Assembly (NCBI GenBank): GCA_965262715.1
Contig: OZ253553.1
Coordinates: 1,024,001 to 1,088,000, forward strand
DNA length: 64,000 nt
Origin: Bdellovibrionales bacterium
GTDB taxonomy: Bacteria > Bdellovibrionota > Bdellovibrionia > Bdellovibrionales > JAUICD01
Direction of reading: 5' to 3'
Part shown: one piece after another, positions 1 through 10,432 of the stretch
How the letters are laid out: every line of letters begins with the position of its first letter
How positions within the stretch are numbered: the stretch's first letter is position 1
Position numbers and translations under genes: made by a program
The notes under the pieces: generated by a model
Database searches by the model: none
Told to the model about the DNA's origin: nothing
What the model saw: only the letters and a program-made list of their open reading frames with translations

Positions 1-293
1 TCTATTGAAAAAGGCTCACAAACGTCTTCTGGACCATAATTAAATCCATCCCATATCTCTTTTTGAGGATCCTTTGGTCTCACAAACATAATGGTTTCAG
101 GTTTTCTGTCTGGGCGAAAGATAAACACAGCATCTGGGTCCTTAAACCCTGTGAAATAAAAAAAATGACTGTCCTGACGAAATGGGTAAAAAACATCATT
201 ATTGCGATGTTTTTCATGGGAAGCCTGCAAAATCAAAACACCTTCACCTATTAAATCCTTAAGCTTCTCTCTACGCCTTTTAAACATATCCAT
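1..293 (-). CDS. pepP: Xaa-Pro aminopeptidase, N-terminal part (runs off window)
   Basis: Manual translation: MDMFKRRREKLKDLIGEGVLIL...RNNDVFYPFRQDSHFFYFTGF...EIWDG (AMP_N motif); AGGGGA RBS upstream of ATG at 293; not in ORF track because truncated. Confidence 0.85.
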   Translation of the reverse strand, partial: MDMFKRRREKLKDLIGEGVLILQASHEKHRNNDVFYPFRQDSHFFYFTGFKDPDAVFIFRPDRKPETIMFVRPKDPQKEIWDGFNYGPEDVCEPFSI

Positions 294-378
294 GAAAATC
301 CCCTATTTTTAGTTTAAATCTGCTTTTAAAATATCAGCTTATCATAAAGACTTCAAAAGTATTTTTTTTAAACTCTCT

Positions 379-1152
379 CTATTGCAATGAAAGCTTTGGA
401 AAAGTCCTTAAAGCATTATATCGAAGTTGATCTTGAAGCTTTATTATATCAACTTGCTTGAGTTGAGCTAAGAATTCTCCTGTATGAATAAGAAAGGATG
501 GAGTATTTTTTTTGCCTCTATGTGGCATAGGAGTTAAAAAAGGTGAATCTGTCTCGATATGAATGCAGTCAAGAGGCAAAGACAATGCAACTTGTTGCAA
601 ATCCTTAGCATTTTTAAAAGTGATAATACCGCTAAAAGAAACATCCAATCCTAAATCTAAAGCTTTATTTGCTAAATTCTGCGTACCAGTAAAACAATGA
701 AGGTCCCCTCTAATTTTTCCTTGAAAATTTTGAAGAATAGCAATGGTATCATCTTCTGCGTCCCTTGTATGAATTTGAACAGGTAACTCAAGAGATTCAG
801 CTATATTTAATTGTGCCTCAAACACTTTTTTTTGAATATCACGAGAAGAACGTTCATAATAGTAATCTAAGCCAATCTCCCCAATAGCTACCACTTCAAT
901 TTCTGTAGCACTTTTACAAATAAAGTCTTCTACTTCAGGAGTATATTTATCAGCATCATGAGGATGAATCCCTAATGTACAAGCCACCTTTGGAAAAAAC
1001 TCCTTTGCAATCTCAAGGCTTTTTTTAAGATCATCTGGATGTGTCCCTATAGTGATCATGTTCTGCACATCATTCTGATTTGCATCATCAATGATTTGTT
1101 GAGGTGTCTGATCCATTAAAGGGAAATGACAGTGCATATCAATCCAAGCCAT
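379..1152 (-). CDS. tatD: TatD family hydrolase/DNase
   Basis: DMHCH, GIHPH, GEIGLDYY, IHTR, HCFTG, ETDSP motifs. Confidence 0.93.
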   Translation of the reverse strand: MAWIDMHCHFPLMDQTPQQIIDDANQNDVQNMITIGTHPDDLKKSLEIAKEFFPKVACTLGIHPHDADKYTPEVEDFICKSATEIEVVAIGEIGLDYYYERSSRDIQKKVFEAQLNIAESLELPVQIHTRDAEDDTIAILQNFQGKIRGDLHCFTGTQNLANKALDLGLDVSFSGIITFKNAKDLQQVALSLPLDCIHIETDSPFLTPMPHRGKKNTPSFLIHTGEFLAQLKQVDIIKLQDQLRYNALRTFPKLSLQ

Positions 1153-1288
1153 TAAAAACTCCTTATTTGATTCTCTTAAGTTTTAAGGTAAATATGTCAA
1201 TTTTACAATTATTATCTTGTTATTTCTATAACATATATTATACTTCCTTATACATTAAGTAATTAGAAGCTTTAAGGAGGATTAAATT

Positions 1289-1702
1289 ATGAATTTAAAA
1301 ATAAACATGATGATAATCTGCTTTACAATATTTATAATACCTAGCTTAAGTTTCTCTCAAGATAATAGTAGTACAGAGCCTAACCCTCTTGAAAATACTA
1401 ACAATTGCTTTACTGTTACAAGTTATAATCATCCCAGTTGGGATACCTCTATTATTTGCAATGGGACAAGTTTAACTACTAATGCAGATTTCCATATACA
1501 AGACAGACTAGATAACAGTTTTTTTAATAATAATGATCTCCAGAATCTAACTTTAAGCACAAGTAAAGCTGCTAATTGGCTAAATACAAGAGATTTTATT
1601 TTAATAGGTTGTACTGCCTTTGTGGTACAAGACTCTAAGATTTTAGGAGAAGATCAACTTCAAAGACAACTTCTTTGCACTTATCGCAAGCAAGCACAAT
1701 AA
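1289..1702 (+). CDS. hypothetical secreted protein
   Basis: AAGGAGG RBS, N-terminal signal peptide (SLSFS-Q), several Cys; no family recognised. Confidence 0.7.
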   Translation: MNLKINMMIICFTIFIIPSLSFSQDNSSTEPNPLENTNNCFTVTSYNHPSWDTSIICNGTSLTTNADFHIQDRLDNSFFNNNDLQNLTLSTSKAANWLNTRDFILIGCTAFVVQDSKILGEDQLQRQLLCTYRKQAQ

Positions 1703-1759
1703 GAATAATAAAAATTATATAATTTTTATTTAAAGTAACTTTGCATCACTTTATAAATT

Positions 1760-1795
1760 GTAACTTCAAATCGTAAGTGCAACTCTTTTGTATTT
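1760..1795 (-). mobile_element. solo right-end remnant of the IS30-family element at 28260-29216
   Basis: GTAACTTCAAATCGTAAGTGCAACTCTTTTGTATTT is a near-identical reverse complement of ~29180-29216. Confidence 0.75.
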
Positions 1796-1906
1796 ATAGA
1801 TATTTTTAAAGACGTCTTATTGCTTTTTTACAGCATATACGCTAAACTCCCCATGCTAATAAACTCACAATTTTATATTTAAGGGAGGAAGAAGAGAAAA
1901 AACATC

Positions 1907-1990
1907 ATAATATAAATTAAGGTAACGCATGGTACTTTTATATTACCAAGTATTGGTTTTTCTATTTTTTTGTAAATGGTGATGAGGTAT
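1907..1990. repeat. 84-bp direct repeat, left copy (IS1634 target duplication)
   Basis: Identical to 3945-4028; abuts the left IR. Confidence 0.95.
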
Positions 1991-3944
1991 CCTGACTTCG
2001 TCATTTTCGTTTACTTTTGATATTGATAAGTACGTTTTGAGTTCTTAGGAAGCTTATCAATTCGGGATTTTCATTTTTTTTAATTTTTGTTGTTTCTTGT
2101 AGTGTCCCTTGCTATTGACAGAGCTTTTTAATATTGCGATTTTATTTTTATGAGCATGTTTGTCCGCCTTGTAAAAAGACCAAATGACCATGTTTCCGTA
2201 AGGATCGTTGAGAATAAACGGATCAATGGAAAGATGAAACAAAAGAATGTCTGCTGTATAGGCCATACTCATAAGGATAAAGTTAAGGAGATTTCAAGAT
2301 TTCAAAAGATAGGTGAGGAGATGGTTATAAAGATAAAGAATGAAATTAACCCTACTTTTGAAGGTTTGGAGTCAGTACATACACCTCAAAAAAAGAGACA
2401 GAATATTCCTGATAACTTGGTATGTTTAGAAACTTTAAAAGAGAAGGCTCGTGTTCATCAAGGTATAGAAGATGTATTTGGCAAGTCTTTTGAGCAATTA
2501 GAGCTTCATAAGATTATAGGAGATGGTTATAAGACAGGAGAGTTTAATACGCTTTTAAAAGAGATTGTTCTTGCTCGCTTAAGTGATCCATCGAGTAAGA
2601 GAAAAAGTGTTAAAGATATAGAAAGACATCGTTATCAGCAATTTGATTTAAATAAAGTGTATCGGATGATGGATAAGCTGTATAAGAGAGAGGATGAGAT
2701 AAAAGCAAGGATGTTTCGTAGGACATTGAGTTTATTAGAGGAAGAAGTACATGTTTTATTTTTTGATGTGACGACATTATATTTTGAGAGTTTTGATCCG
2801 GATACACTTCGGTTATGTGGTTATAGCAAAGACAATAAGGTGAAAGAGACTCAAGTGGTACTAGCTCTTATGACAAGTGTAGAAGGTCTTCCTGTAGGTT
2901 ATGAGCTTTTCCCGGGTAATACGTATGAAGGTAAGACATTGATCAGAGTTATAGAAAAGATTGAGAAGACATATAGTATTTTAGATGTATCCATAGTAGC
3001 AGATAGGGCGATGTTTACAAGGCAAAACTTACAAGCTCTACATGAGAAGGGGACTAAGTTTATAGTAGCTGCTAAGCTAAAGACAATGTCTAGAGCTATG
3101 AAGTCCCAGATAGTTACAGATGTACAAGAGAGTCGGAGGCAGATGCCTAACAAGTCTTTTTTTAGTAAGAGTTATGAATATGAGAATCAGAGATTAATTA
3201 TAAGTTATAGTAAGGATAGAGCTTATCAAGATGAGAAGAATCGTTTAAATCTTATTGAGAGGCTTAAAAGACAGATGCATGAGGGTAAGATATCTTTATC
3301 GAGTCTTATAAAGAATACAGGAACTAAGAAGTATCTTAAGATTGATAGGAAGAATAAACAAGAAGCAACTTTAAATCAAGAGAAGATAGATGAAGAGGCT
3401 CAATGGGATGGTATTCACGGAGTTATCACTAATCATAAACCAGAGGATTTAAAACCATCAGAGGTCTTAGAAAGATACAAGGGTTTATGGCAGATAGAGA
3501 ATGCTTTTAGAGTTAATAAGCATGACCTTAAGATGCGTCCTATCTACCATTGGACACCGAGAAGAATTAGGGCTCATATTTTAATTTGTTATATAGCATA
3601 TAGTGTACTGACCTTTATTAAATTTCAATTAAAACAGAAGAACATTGATCTTAGCTTCAAGAGACTTAGGGATGAGTTAAAGATTATACAATATAGTATT
3701 GTATTAGATAAGACGACGAACAAGAGATTCATTTTACCTTCAAACATCACAAGTCTTCATAAACAAATTTATGAAGCTCTTAATATCAAATTCACTCAAG
3801 CAAGATTCTTAGGAGAAAAAGAGTTTCTAACAAGTTAAATACAACTATAAAACTCTCTCAAATAAACAAAAGGTGTAGTGACCCCTGAACTACCTAAACT
3901 ATTGTAATCATTACATGACGCATGCGCAATATGACGAAGTCAGG
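1991..3944 (+). mobile_element. IS1634-family insertion sequence (1954 bp)
   Basis: Perfect 14-bp TIR CCTGACTTCGTCAT/ATGACGAAGTCAGG, IS1634 transposase, 84-bp flanking DR. Confidence 0.93.
2150..3838 (+). CDS. IS1634-family transposase
   Basis: FFDVTTLYFE, VADRAM, YKGLWQIENAFR, LKMRPIYHW...IRAHILIC motifs. Confidence 0.93.
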   Translation: MSMFVRLVKRPNDHVSVRIVENKRINGKMKQKNVCCIGHTHKDKVKEISRFQKIGEEMVIKIKNEINPTFEGLESVHTPQKKRQNIPDNLVCLETLKEKARVHQGIEDVFGKSFEQLELHKIIGDGYKTGEFNTLLKEIVLARLSDPSSKRKSVKDIERHRYQQFDLNKVYRMMDKLYKREDEIKARMFRRTLSLLEEEVHVLFFDVTTLYFESFDPDTLRLCGYSKDNKVKETQVVLALMTSVEGLPVGYELFPGNTYEGKTLIRVIEKIEKTYSILDVSIVADRAMFTRQNLQALHEKGTKFIVAAKLKTMSRAMKSQIVTDVQESRRQMPNKSFFSKSYEYENQRLIISYSKDRAYQDEKNRLNLIERLKRQMHEGKISLSSLIKNTGTKKYLKIDRKNKQEATLNQEKIDEEAQWDGIHGVITNHKPEDLKPSEVLERYKGLWQIENAFRVNKHDLKMRPIYHWTPRRIRAHILICYIAYSVLTFIKFQLKQKNIDLSFKRLRDELKIIQYSIVLDKTTNKRFILPSNITSLHKQIYEALNIKFTQARFLGEKEFLTS

Positions 3945-4028
3945 ATAATATAAATTAAGGTAACGCATGGTACTTTTATATTACCAAGTATTGGTTTTTC
4001 TATTTTTTTGTAAATGGTGATGAGGTAT
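3945..4028. repeat. 84-bp direct repeat, right copy
   Basis: Identical to 1907-1990; contains the stop codon of the downstream minus-strand gene. Confidence 0.95.
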
Positions 4029-6339
4029 TAATCTGAGACTTAAAAGTATCAGGATCAGTTGTTGGAAATTTGCATCTACCTTGGTCGCAAACATAAGCTG
4101 TTGGTTTCTTTTTTCTGGCATATTTTTTATATACCAATGGAATTACTTTTAAATGCTCTTCTTGCATTTTTCCTTCGCTTATAAAAGACATTATTCGATT
4201 GGGAAGAAATGTTTCTCTCAATACTTCAAGAAGAGAGGAATTTGATATTTCACTTTCTTCAGGAAAAACAATAATAATTTCTTTGGATCTATCAAGATAA
4301 AAGTCCAATGCTAAAAGCATTTCTGAAAGAGCTATCGGATTTTGTTTAAGTATATTTGAGAATGCTTTAAAACCACTAACTGATCTTTTTCTATATGAAT
4401 CTGAGCTTGTAAATTTGTGTAACCTTAAAAGGTTCATGATTTGAACGCTATTGCCTGAAGGTTCAGCTCCGTCATAAGCAGGTTTTTCTCTGGCTAGTAA
4501 CTTTTCATGGTCACTACTGGTCATAAAGAAGCCACCATTTTTTTTATCTTCATAGTATTTTTCAAGAGTTTGATCTAAAGAGATAGCTTCTTTTAGCCAT
4601 TTAATTTCATTTGTGGCTTCATAAAGATCCATCAATCCTGCAATCAAAAAAGCATAATCATCCAAGTAGGCTCTGAGTTTAGCCTGACCATCTTTAAAGC
4701 TACGATAAAGTCTTTTCTCTTTCATTAGATTATTTAAGATAAAAGTGGCTGCTTTTTGAGCTACCTTTTTATATTTGGGTTCATTATAGACAAATGAAGC
4801 GTTAGCAAAAGCAGAAATCGCTAGTCCATTCCATGCAGTCAGTATTTTCTCATCACGAATAACAGGTGGTCTTTTTTCTCTTTCTTGATAAAGTTTTTCT
4901 CTGGCCTGATCAATAATATTTTGCGCTTCTTTTTCAGCTAATTCATTAAGCTTGGCAACAGTCTTTAGAGGTTTAGAAATATTGAGGATTGTCCTGCCTT
5001 CTTCAAAATTACCCTTAGAAGTGATTCCGTAGTAACTCTTAATAAGACTTGCTTCTTTTTTAGAAAGTGTTTGGTCTATTTCATGAGGAGTCCAAGTAAA
5101 ATAGTAACCTTCTTCTCGATGTCCTTTTGGACCAATGCTATCAGCATCAGTTGCTGAGTAAAAGCCGCCGTCAGGAGATGTCATATCTCTTAAGATATAA
5201 TCTAATATCTCCTTAGTGACTTTTTTGTACTCTTTATTTCCTGTTGCTTGATAAGCTTCAGTATAAACAGTAGCAAGAAGAGCATTGTCGTAAAGCATTT
5301 TTTCAAAATGGGGAACCAACCAACGGTTATCAGTTGAATAACGATGAAATCCACCGCCTACATGATCATACATTCCACCATTTGCCATTTTAGTAAGAGT
5401 TTTTTCTGCCATTTCTAAATACTTTTTATCTTTTGTTCGCCTGTAATAACGAAGAAATAAATGATTAGGAAAAGAACTTGGAAACTTAGGTTGTCCAGAC
5501 ATTCCTCCGTAAGTTTCATCAAAATTTTCTTTGTAAAAACTTATTGCATTATGAAGAGAAAACTCATCTGGCAAATCTCCAACATTTGAAATTTCTAATC
5601 TTTCACTTACAAACTTAGAAACATCTTTTGCTGAAATAGCAACCTTTTCAGGATCATTATCATACATTTGTTTAAAATTTTTGAGCATTGTAAGAAAGCC
5701 AATTCTTATACCTCTATCACCATCCCTTGCTGGAATATAAGTGGCTCCATAAATAGGCTCTTTATCTGGTGTCAACCAAACTGTCATAGGCCAACCGCCA
5801 TGTCCAGTAATGGCTTGAACAGCAGCCATATAGATAGCGTCTATATCAGGTCTTTCTTCTCGATCAACTTTTATTGCAATATAATTTTGATTGATAAATT
5901 TGGCAATCTCTTTATCCTCAAATGATTCTTCTTCCATAACATGGCACCAATGACAGGTAGAGTAACCAATACTTAATAAGATAGGGCGATTTAACTCCTT
6001 TGCATTTTTAAAGGCTTCTTCTCCCCAAGAATACCAATTGACTGGATTATGAGCATGTTGCAACAGATAAGGACTGGTCTCAAGAAAAAGCCTATTGGTA
6101 AATTCTGCCCATCCTTTTTTATCGAGGTGTTTGGTTCGAGGTTTATAATTAGCCCCTCGCTTTTTTCGCATCTCTTTAAATTTATTTTGTAGTTTTTCAT
6201 CCAACATGCCCACTCCTGGAAACGAACCTTTTATTTTTTTAGAAGAAAGGGATTTATCAAATTCATTTCCAACACCTGCCTTACTGCAGCCGCTTAAAAT
6301 GATCAAAAAACAACAAAAAAATATATTTATTGATCTCAA
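4000..6339 (-). CDS. YyaL/SSP411-type thioredoxin-domain (DUF255) protein, probable lipoprotein
   Basis: [56 protein letters not shown]; lipobox LSGC. Confidence 0.9.
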   Translation of the reverse strand: MRSINIFFCCFLIILSGCSKAGVGNEFDKSLSSKKIKGSFPGVGMLDEKLQNKFKEMRKKRGANYKPRTKHLDKKGWAEFTNRLFLETSPYLLQHAHNPVNWYSWGEEAFKNAKELNRPILLSIGYSTCHWCHVMEEESFEDKEIAKFINQNYIAIKVDREERPDIDAIYMAAVQAITGHGGWPMTVWLTPDKEPIYGATYIPARDGDRGIRIGFLTMLKNFKQMYDNDPEKVAISAKDVSKFVSERLEISNVGDLPDEFSLHNAISFYKENFDETYGGMSGQPKFPSSFPNHLFLRYYRRTKDKKYLEMAEKTLTKMANGGMYDHVGGGFHRYSTDNRWLVPHFEKMLYDNALLATVYTEAYQATGNKEYKKVTKEILDYILRDMTSPDGGFYSATDADSIGPKGHREEGYYFTWTPHEIDQTLSKKEASLIKSYYGITSKGNFEEGRTILNISKPLKTVAKLNELAEKEAQNIIDQAREKLYQEREKRPPVIRDEKILTAWNGLAISAFANASFVYNEPKYKKVAQKAATFILNNLMKEKRLYRSFKDGQAKLRAYLDDYAFLIAGLMDLYEATNEIKWLKEAISLDQTLEKYYEDKKNGGFFMTSSDHEKLLAREKPAYDGAEPSGNSVQIMNLLRLHKFTSSDSYRKRSVSGFKAFSNILKQNPIALSEMLLALDFYLDRSKEIIIVFPEESEISNSSLLEVLRETFLPNRIMSFISEGKMQEEHLKVIPLVYKKYARKKKPTAYVCDQGRCKFPTTDPDTFKSQINTSSPFTKK

Positions 6340-6571
6340 TACGACTACCTCTTCCCCTTCTTAATAATTATTTATATTAGAAGCTATGTAAACAAGTTTA
6401 TCTGAATACTAGATGCTGTTGCTATTTTATAAAGCCTAGAAATAAAGCTCTTTGATAAAAATTGTGTGATTATCTGTTGAAAATATATGTATTTTTTAAA
6501 ACAAAAGAAAATAGGTGGCTTATAATAAGTGTGTTACCTCATAATAAAATGTTAAACTGGTAAAATCAGAC

Positions 6572-6919
6572 ATGACAGAATATGCTTTTCCAACCAATGT
6601 AAATGGCATATTATCCACATTTGCTATACCAATACTCGATGATTACGATAAGGTCATTCAGCGAGCAGCTGAAGCTCTGTGTCATGAAGGACATCTTGCG
6701 ATCTTAGACATGAAGAAGCCAAAAGGATGGCCAGAATGGGTAGTGCGAATCCTGGCATCCTTTCTTGGACGTATGTTTGGTGGTTTAACTTTACTAGACT
6801 GTCTAGACTATGCTGAACGAACACCTTGGGAATCAATAAATAAGTATATGGACAAAGTGACATATAAAGAGTTTTACGCAGGTGCTTTATATGTCTGTGT
6901 CGGACAACGACGCAAATAA
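6572..6919 (+). pseudogene. C-terminal fragment of a class I SAM methyltransferase
   Basis: Resembles the UbiE-like C-terminal half; SAM-binding motif I absent; upstream remnant KLVKSD is in frame. Confidence 0.55.
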
Positions 6920-7003
6920 AACAGGTTTTGATTCAATTTCATTTTTAAAAATAATGTACATATAAATGTACATATATAAGATATAGGTTGTCTGTTTTTT
7001 CAC

Positions 7004-7050
7004 TTGCCCGATTGCCAGATTTCCGGTCTCCCGGACTTCTAGATTCCAGA
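7004..7050 (+). repeat. degenerate tandem octamer array (consensus TTGCCRGA)
   Basis: TTGCCCGA TTGCCAGA TTTCCGGT CTCCCGGA CTTCTAGA TTCCAGA. Confidence 0.65.
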
Positions 7051-7138
7051 AATAGCCATCAAGTAAGGTTTAATTTAGATAGATCAATAAACAACAGATA
7101 TCTTAAAATTATAAAAGTTGCGTAAGATGAGTTAATAT

Positions 7139-8167
7139 CTAAGTGTTTTGATTTATCTCCAATCTATGTTGAGAGGTTTTTAACACAAGCTCTTCAAAAA
7201 GTAATGTTCTATCTACATAACGTTCTATCTGTTTTGACATCTGTAAGACGTACTCTGAAAGATCAAGCAACTCCTGCTCTGGGACATCTGCAAACTGTGC
7301 AAACAAAGGCTTTAAATCTATATGGATCAAATTCTCAGATCCTAATTTTAATAACAACATATCTCTTAAAAATTGCCCTATATAAGTTGTGATCCATAAA
7401 GCCTCCATGCGATCTGTTGATTGCTTTTGTTCTTTGATTTTTAAAAAAGCAGGAGATACTTTTGATTGAAATAAATTTTTAAAAATCTCTAATGCATATT
7501 CCCTTAAATAAGCATTTTCTAAAAGCTGCTTAAGAAGATCTGATCGGCCTTGGCAAGACTTTAACATCCAATCTGGTACATCCTCCTTCTGCCATATTTT
7601 TTTTAAGTCTTCTTGAGATAAAGTAGAAAAAGCCATGCTTTGGAAACGGCTATTTAAAGTAGGCAAAATACTACCCCTAGTGTTTATTGTAAAAATAAAA
7701 TAAGTTTTACTTGTGTTATCAACCGTAGATTCACTGGCAGGAGGTTCTTCTAACGTTTTTAAAAGAGCATTAGAGGCTTGATGATTTAAACATTGGGCGT
7801 CCTCGACTATAACAATTTTAGCTTTTCCTAAAGCTTGAAAGTGTAAAAAATTAATAATTCTTCTTGCTTGTTCTACTCCAATTATATTTTTTTCAGGCTG
7901 AATGTAACATAAGCTCTCGCTTTGTTTTTGAGAAGTTCTAAGACAAGGACCACAACTGCCACAAGCATGAAAATTGGAATAAGAAGATGGCTTTTCACAG
8001 AGAATAATCTGGGCAAGTGCTAATGCTATTTGAGATTTTCCTATTCCACAAGGACCAATAAATAAAAGATTTTGTGGTAAAAGATTTCTCTCAAGTAAAT
8101 CTCCTAAACGAGTTTTGATTGACTGGTGACCTTGAATGCTATCTATAAGGTATTTCATTTTTTTCAC
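7139..8167 (-). CDS. holB: DNA polymerase III delta-prime subunit
   Basis: GPCGIGKS, ACGSCGPC zinc motif, ASNALLKTLEEPP, ILPTLNSR; downstream of tmk. Confidence 0.9.
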   Translation of the reverse strand: MKKMKYLIDSIQGHQSIKTRLGDLLERNLLPQNLLFIGPCGIGKSQIALALAQIILCEKPSSYSNFHACGSCGPCLRTSQKQSESLCYIQPEKNIIGVEQARRIINFLHFQALGKAKIVIVEDAQCLNHQASNALLKTLEEPPASESTVDNTSKTYFIFTINTRGSILPTLNSRFQSMAFSTLSQEDLKKIWQKEDVPDWMLKSCQGRSDLLKQLLENAYLREYALEIFKNLFQSKVSPAFLKIKEQKQSTDRMEALWITTYIGQFLRDMLLLKLGSENLIHIDLKPLFAQFADVPEQELLDLSEYVLQMSKQIERYVDRTLLFEELVLKTSQHRLEINQNT

Positions 8168-8808
8168 TCTTTAAGCCATTTTTCTTTTATAAGTCTTTTT
8201 ATAAGTATCTCTTTTAGTTTGGATGGACTTTGAGTGGCATCTAGTACAAGCCATTTCTTTTGCTCTCTATGAATTTCATCTAAATAGGCTTCTCTTACAT
8301 CTTTATAAAACTGCCTGTCTTCCATTTCAAAGCGATCTGGCCCCACTCCATTTTGCTGATGACGATTATGGCATCTTTTCTGAACCTCATCTACAGGTAA
8401 ATCTAAAAATATAGCTAGATCACAACACAAATCGCCTGTTGCAAAGCTATTAAGCCATTTTACATCTGAAAGTTTTAAGTCTCTCCCACCCACCTGGAAA
8501 GCGATAGAACTAAATGTGAAACGATCACAAAGAACCCATCCTTTTTTACTTAAAAAAGGTTTGATGGTTTGTTCTACATGTTGGGCTCTGATGGCTTCAT
8601 ATAGTAAAAGCTCTGCCTTAGGAATTGGTATCTCTGATTTATTGCTTTTTTGAATCAACAGAGTTCTCAGTTTATTACCTAAAGGGCTTCCTCCAGGCTC
8701 TCTTGTCACTAAATAATTAATGTCTTGGGATGATAACTCAGAGGAAAGCCCTTCAATCAAAGTGCTTTTACCTGATCCATCAAGTCCTTCAAAAACTAAA
8801 AATGCCAT
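8164..8808 (-). CDS. tmk: thymidylate kinase
   Basis: FEGLDGSGKST, TREPGG, VLCDRF motifs. Confidence 0.95.
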   Translation of the reverse strand: MAFLVFEGLDGSGKSTLIEGLSSELSSQDINYLVTREPGGSPLGNKLRTLLIQKSNKSEIPIPKAELLLYEAIRAQHVEQTIKPFLSKKGWVLCDRFTFSSIAFQVGGRDLKLSDVKWLNSFATGDLCCDLAIFLDLPVDEVQKRCHNRHQQNGVGPDRFEMEDRQFYKDVREAYLDEIHREQKKWLVLDATQSPSKLKEILIKRLIKEKWLKE

Positions 8809-8916
8809 ATTACACTTTCTAACCTATTTAAATAGTTGGGGTCATCCATAAAATAATGTGTCAATAACAACTCTCACCATTAAAAAAAAGTTCATAACTA
8901 TTTAAGCGTTCCTTAT

Positions 8917-8987
8917 TCTGGGATCTGGCAATCCGGGAATCAGGCAAACAGGTCTGGACCTGTTTATTAGACTGCCCGATTACCAAA
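8917..8987 (-). repeat. octamer array in inverted orientation around a hairpin
   Basis: TCTGGGA TCTGGCAA TCCGGGAA TCAGGCAA, hairpin AAACAGGTC-TG-GACCTGTTT, then CTGCCCGA TTACCAAA. Confidence 0.6.
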
Positions 8988-9096
8988 GTCCCTTGTAGCA
9001 CAATAAGGAATGACTTCATGTATTTTTTATTCATTTATTACTTGTAGAAATACTTAAATATATAAAGAATAAGCTTAACTGATAAGGCCATTTCTT

Positions 9097-9939
9097 ATGA
9101 TAGATGTAGAAAATCAAAAAGCTGTCTTTTTAGGTTTAGTACAAGGAATCTCTGAATTTTTACCTATTTCCAGCTCAGGTCATTTGGTCTTATTCCAATC
9201 TATTCTTGGACATTTTAATGACCTGACATTTGAAATTTTTGTCCACCTAGCAACACTTCTTTCCATTTTTACAGTGATGCATAAAATCTTTCTCCAACTG
9301 CTCAAGTTAACTGCTCTAGATATCAAAAATAAAAGATATGGACCTGGAATAGATATCCTATTTAAAATGTTTTTAGGATCTCTACCTGCAGGATGTATTG
9401 GAATACTCTTTAAAGATATATTAATATCCCTTTTTACATCTTTAACAGTTGTATCTTATGGTTTTTTATTTACAGCATTTCTATTATTAGCAACTCATTT
9501 TTTTAAAAATTCAAAAGCAACTACCTCTTTTCAATGGAATAACCATGATGAAAAAAAAATAATTTCTACTTTTCATCAAATATCTTACCTACAAGCACTT
9601 ATTATTGGCTGTTTTCAAGCGTTAGCCATTATACCAGGTGTGAGCAGATCAGGATCGACAATTGCAGGAGGCATCTTTTTACGTCTTGATACAATGACAT
9701 CTGCTTATTTTAGCTTTTTATTAGCTGTCCCTGTGATTATAGGGGCTGTGATTCTGCAATTTTCAATAGAAACTTCAACGCTTAGTTATGTAACTTTATT
9801 TACAGGTTTCCTGTCTGCTTATATTGTAGGAGCCTTAAGTTTGTACCTACTTCTAAAAATTACATATAAGGGATACTTCGAATACTTCTCTATTTATTTA
9901 TTTTCTTTAGGCTTTCTGACTCTTCTGTTCTATTCATAA
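9097..9939 (+). CDS. uppP: undecaprenyl-diphosphate phosphatase
   Basis: GLVQGISEFLPISSSGHL and PGVSRSGSTI BacA motifs. Confidence 0.95.
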   Translation: MIDVENQKAVFLGLVQGISEFLPISSSGHLVLFQSILGHFNDLTFEIFVHLATLLSIFTVMHKIFLQLLKLTALDIKNKRYGPGIDILFKMFLGSLPAGCIGILFKDILISLFTSLTVVSYGFLFTAFLLLATHFFKNSKATTSFQWNNHDEKKIISTFHQISYLQALIIGCFQALAIIPGVSRSGSTIAGGIFLRLDTMTSAYFSFLLAVPVIIGAVILQFSIETSTLSYVTLFTGFLSAYIVGALSLYLLLKITYKGYFEYFSIYLFSLGFLTLLFYS

Positions 9940-10111
9940 TTCTTTCGTAATAACTATCGGCCTTACTAGAAGCGGTCTCAAAAATAAAAGTTTAATAAAT
10001 ATTGCCAGAAATTCATAACTTTATCTAACTGTAATATATCTCTGTGTTCACCTTCGTCTATAAACGTTTGTACCTATTACCTCTAATTTCTTATATAAAA
10101 GGGCTGTCTTC

Positions 10112-10205
10112 CTCAAAATGAATCACGCCGCTGGCATGCTTTCTGGTACTGATCCGATGGTGAAAAACCATCGGATCAGTACCTAGAAAGCCTATTCATT
10201 TTGAG
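10112..10205. repeat. long imperfect palindrome with perfect 17-bp core stem
   Basis: GGTACTGATCCGATGGT-GAAAA-ACCATCGGATCAGTACC (10145-10183); outer arms CTCAAAATGAAT/ATTCATTTTGAG. Confidence 0.85.
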
Positions 10206-10297
10206 TAGAAGCCATCTCATGGGCTGTTTTGTATAATGCAAAACTGGTATCTTTTTTAAAACTTTTCTCTCTAGGAGCATTTTTGAGATGGCTTCTA
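10206..10297. mobile_element. ~90-bp MITE with IS5-like ends
   Basis: Perfect inverted repeat TAGAAGCCATCTCA/TGAGATGGCTTCTA; related solo ends at 9968 and 12881. Confidence 0.6.
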
Positions 10298-10432
10298 TAT
10301 AAATATCAGTTTCAATGATCAAAATGATGAGAATTCAGCCGCTCAGAAGACACTCTGCCTGCTAGTGGAAGCCCTGCCAAAAGACACTAGTAACACATTT
10401 AAACACTTTGCAACAAAACCATAATAGATTAT

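Noticed and set aside
63..254. 63-aa plus-strand ORF
   Set aside because: Antisense shadow of the pepP N-terminus
1907..4028. 84-bp repeats as CRISPR or att sites
   Set aside because: Only two copies, exactly abutting IS termini; no cas or integrase gene
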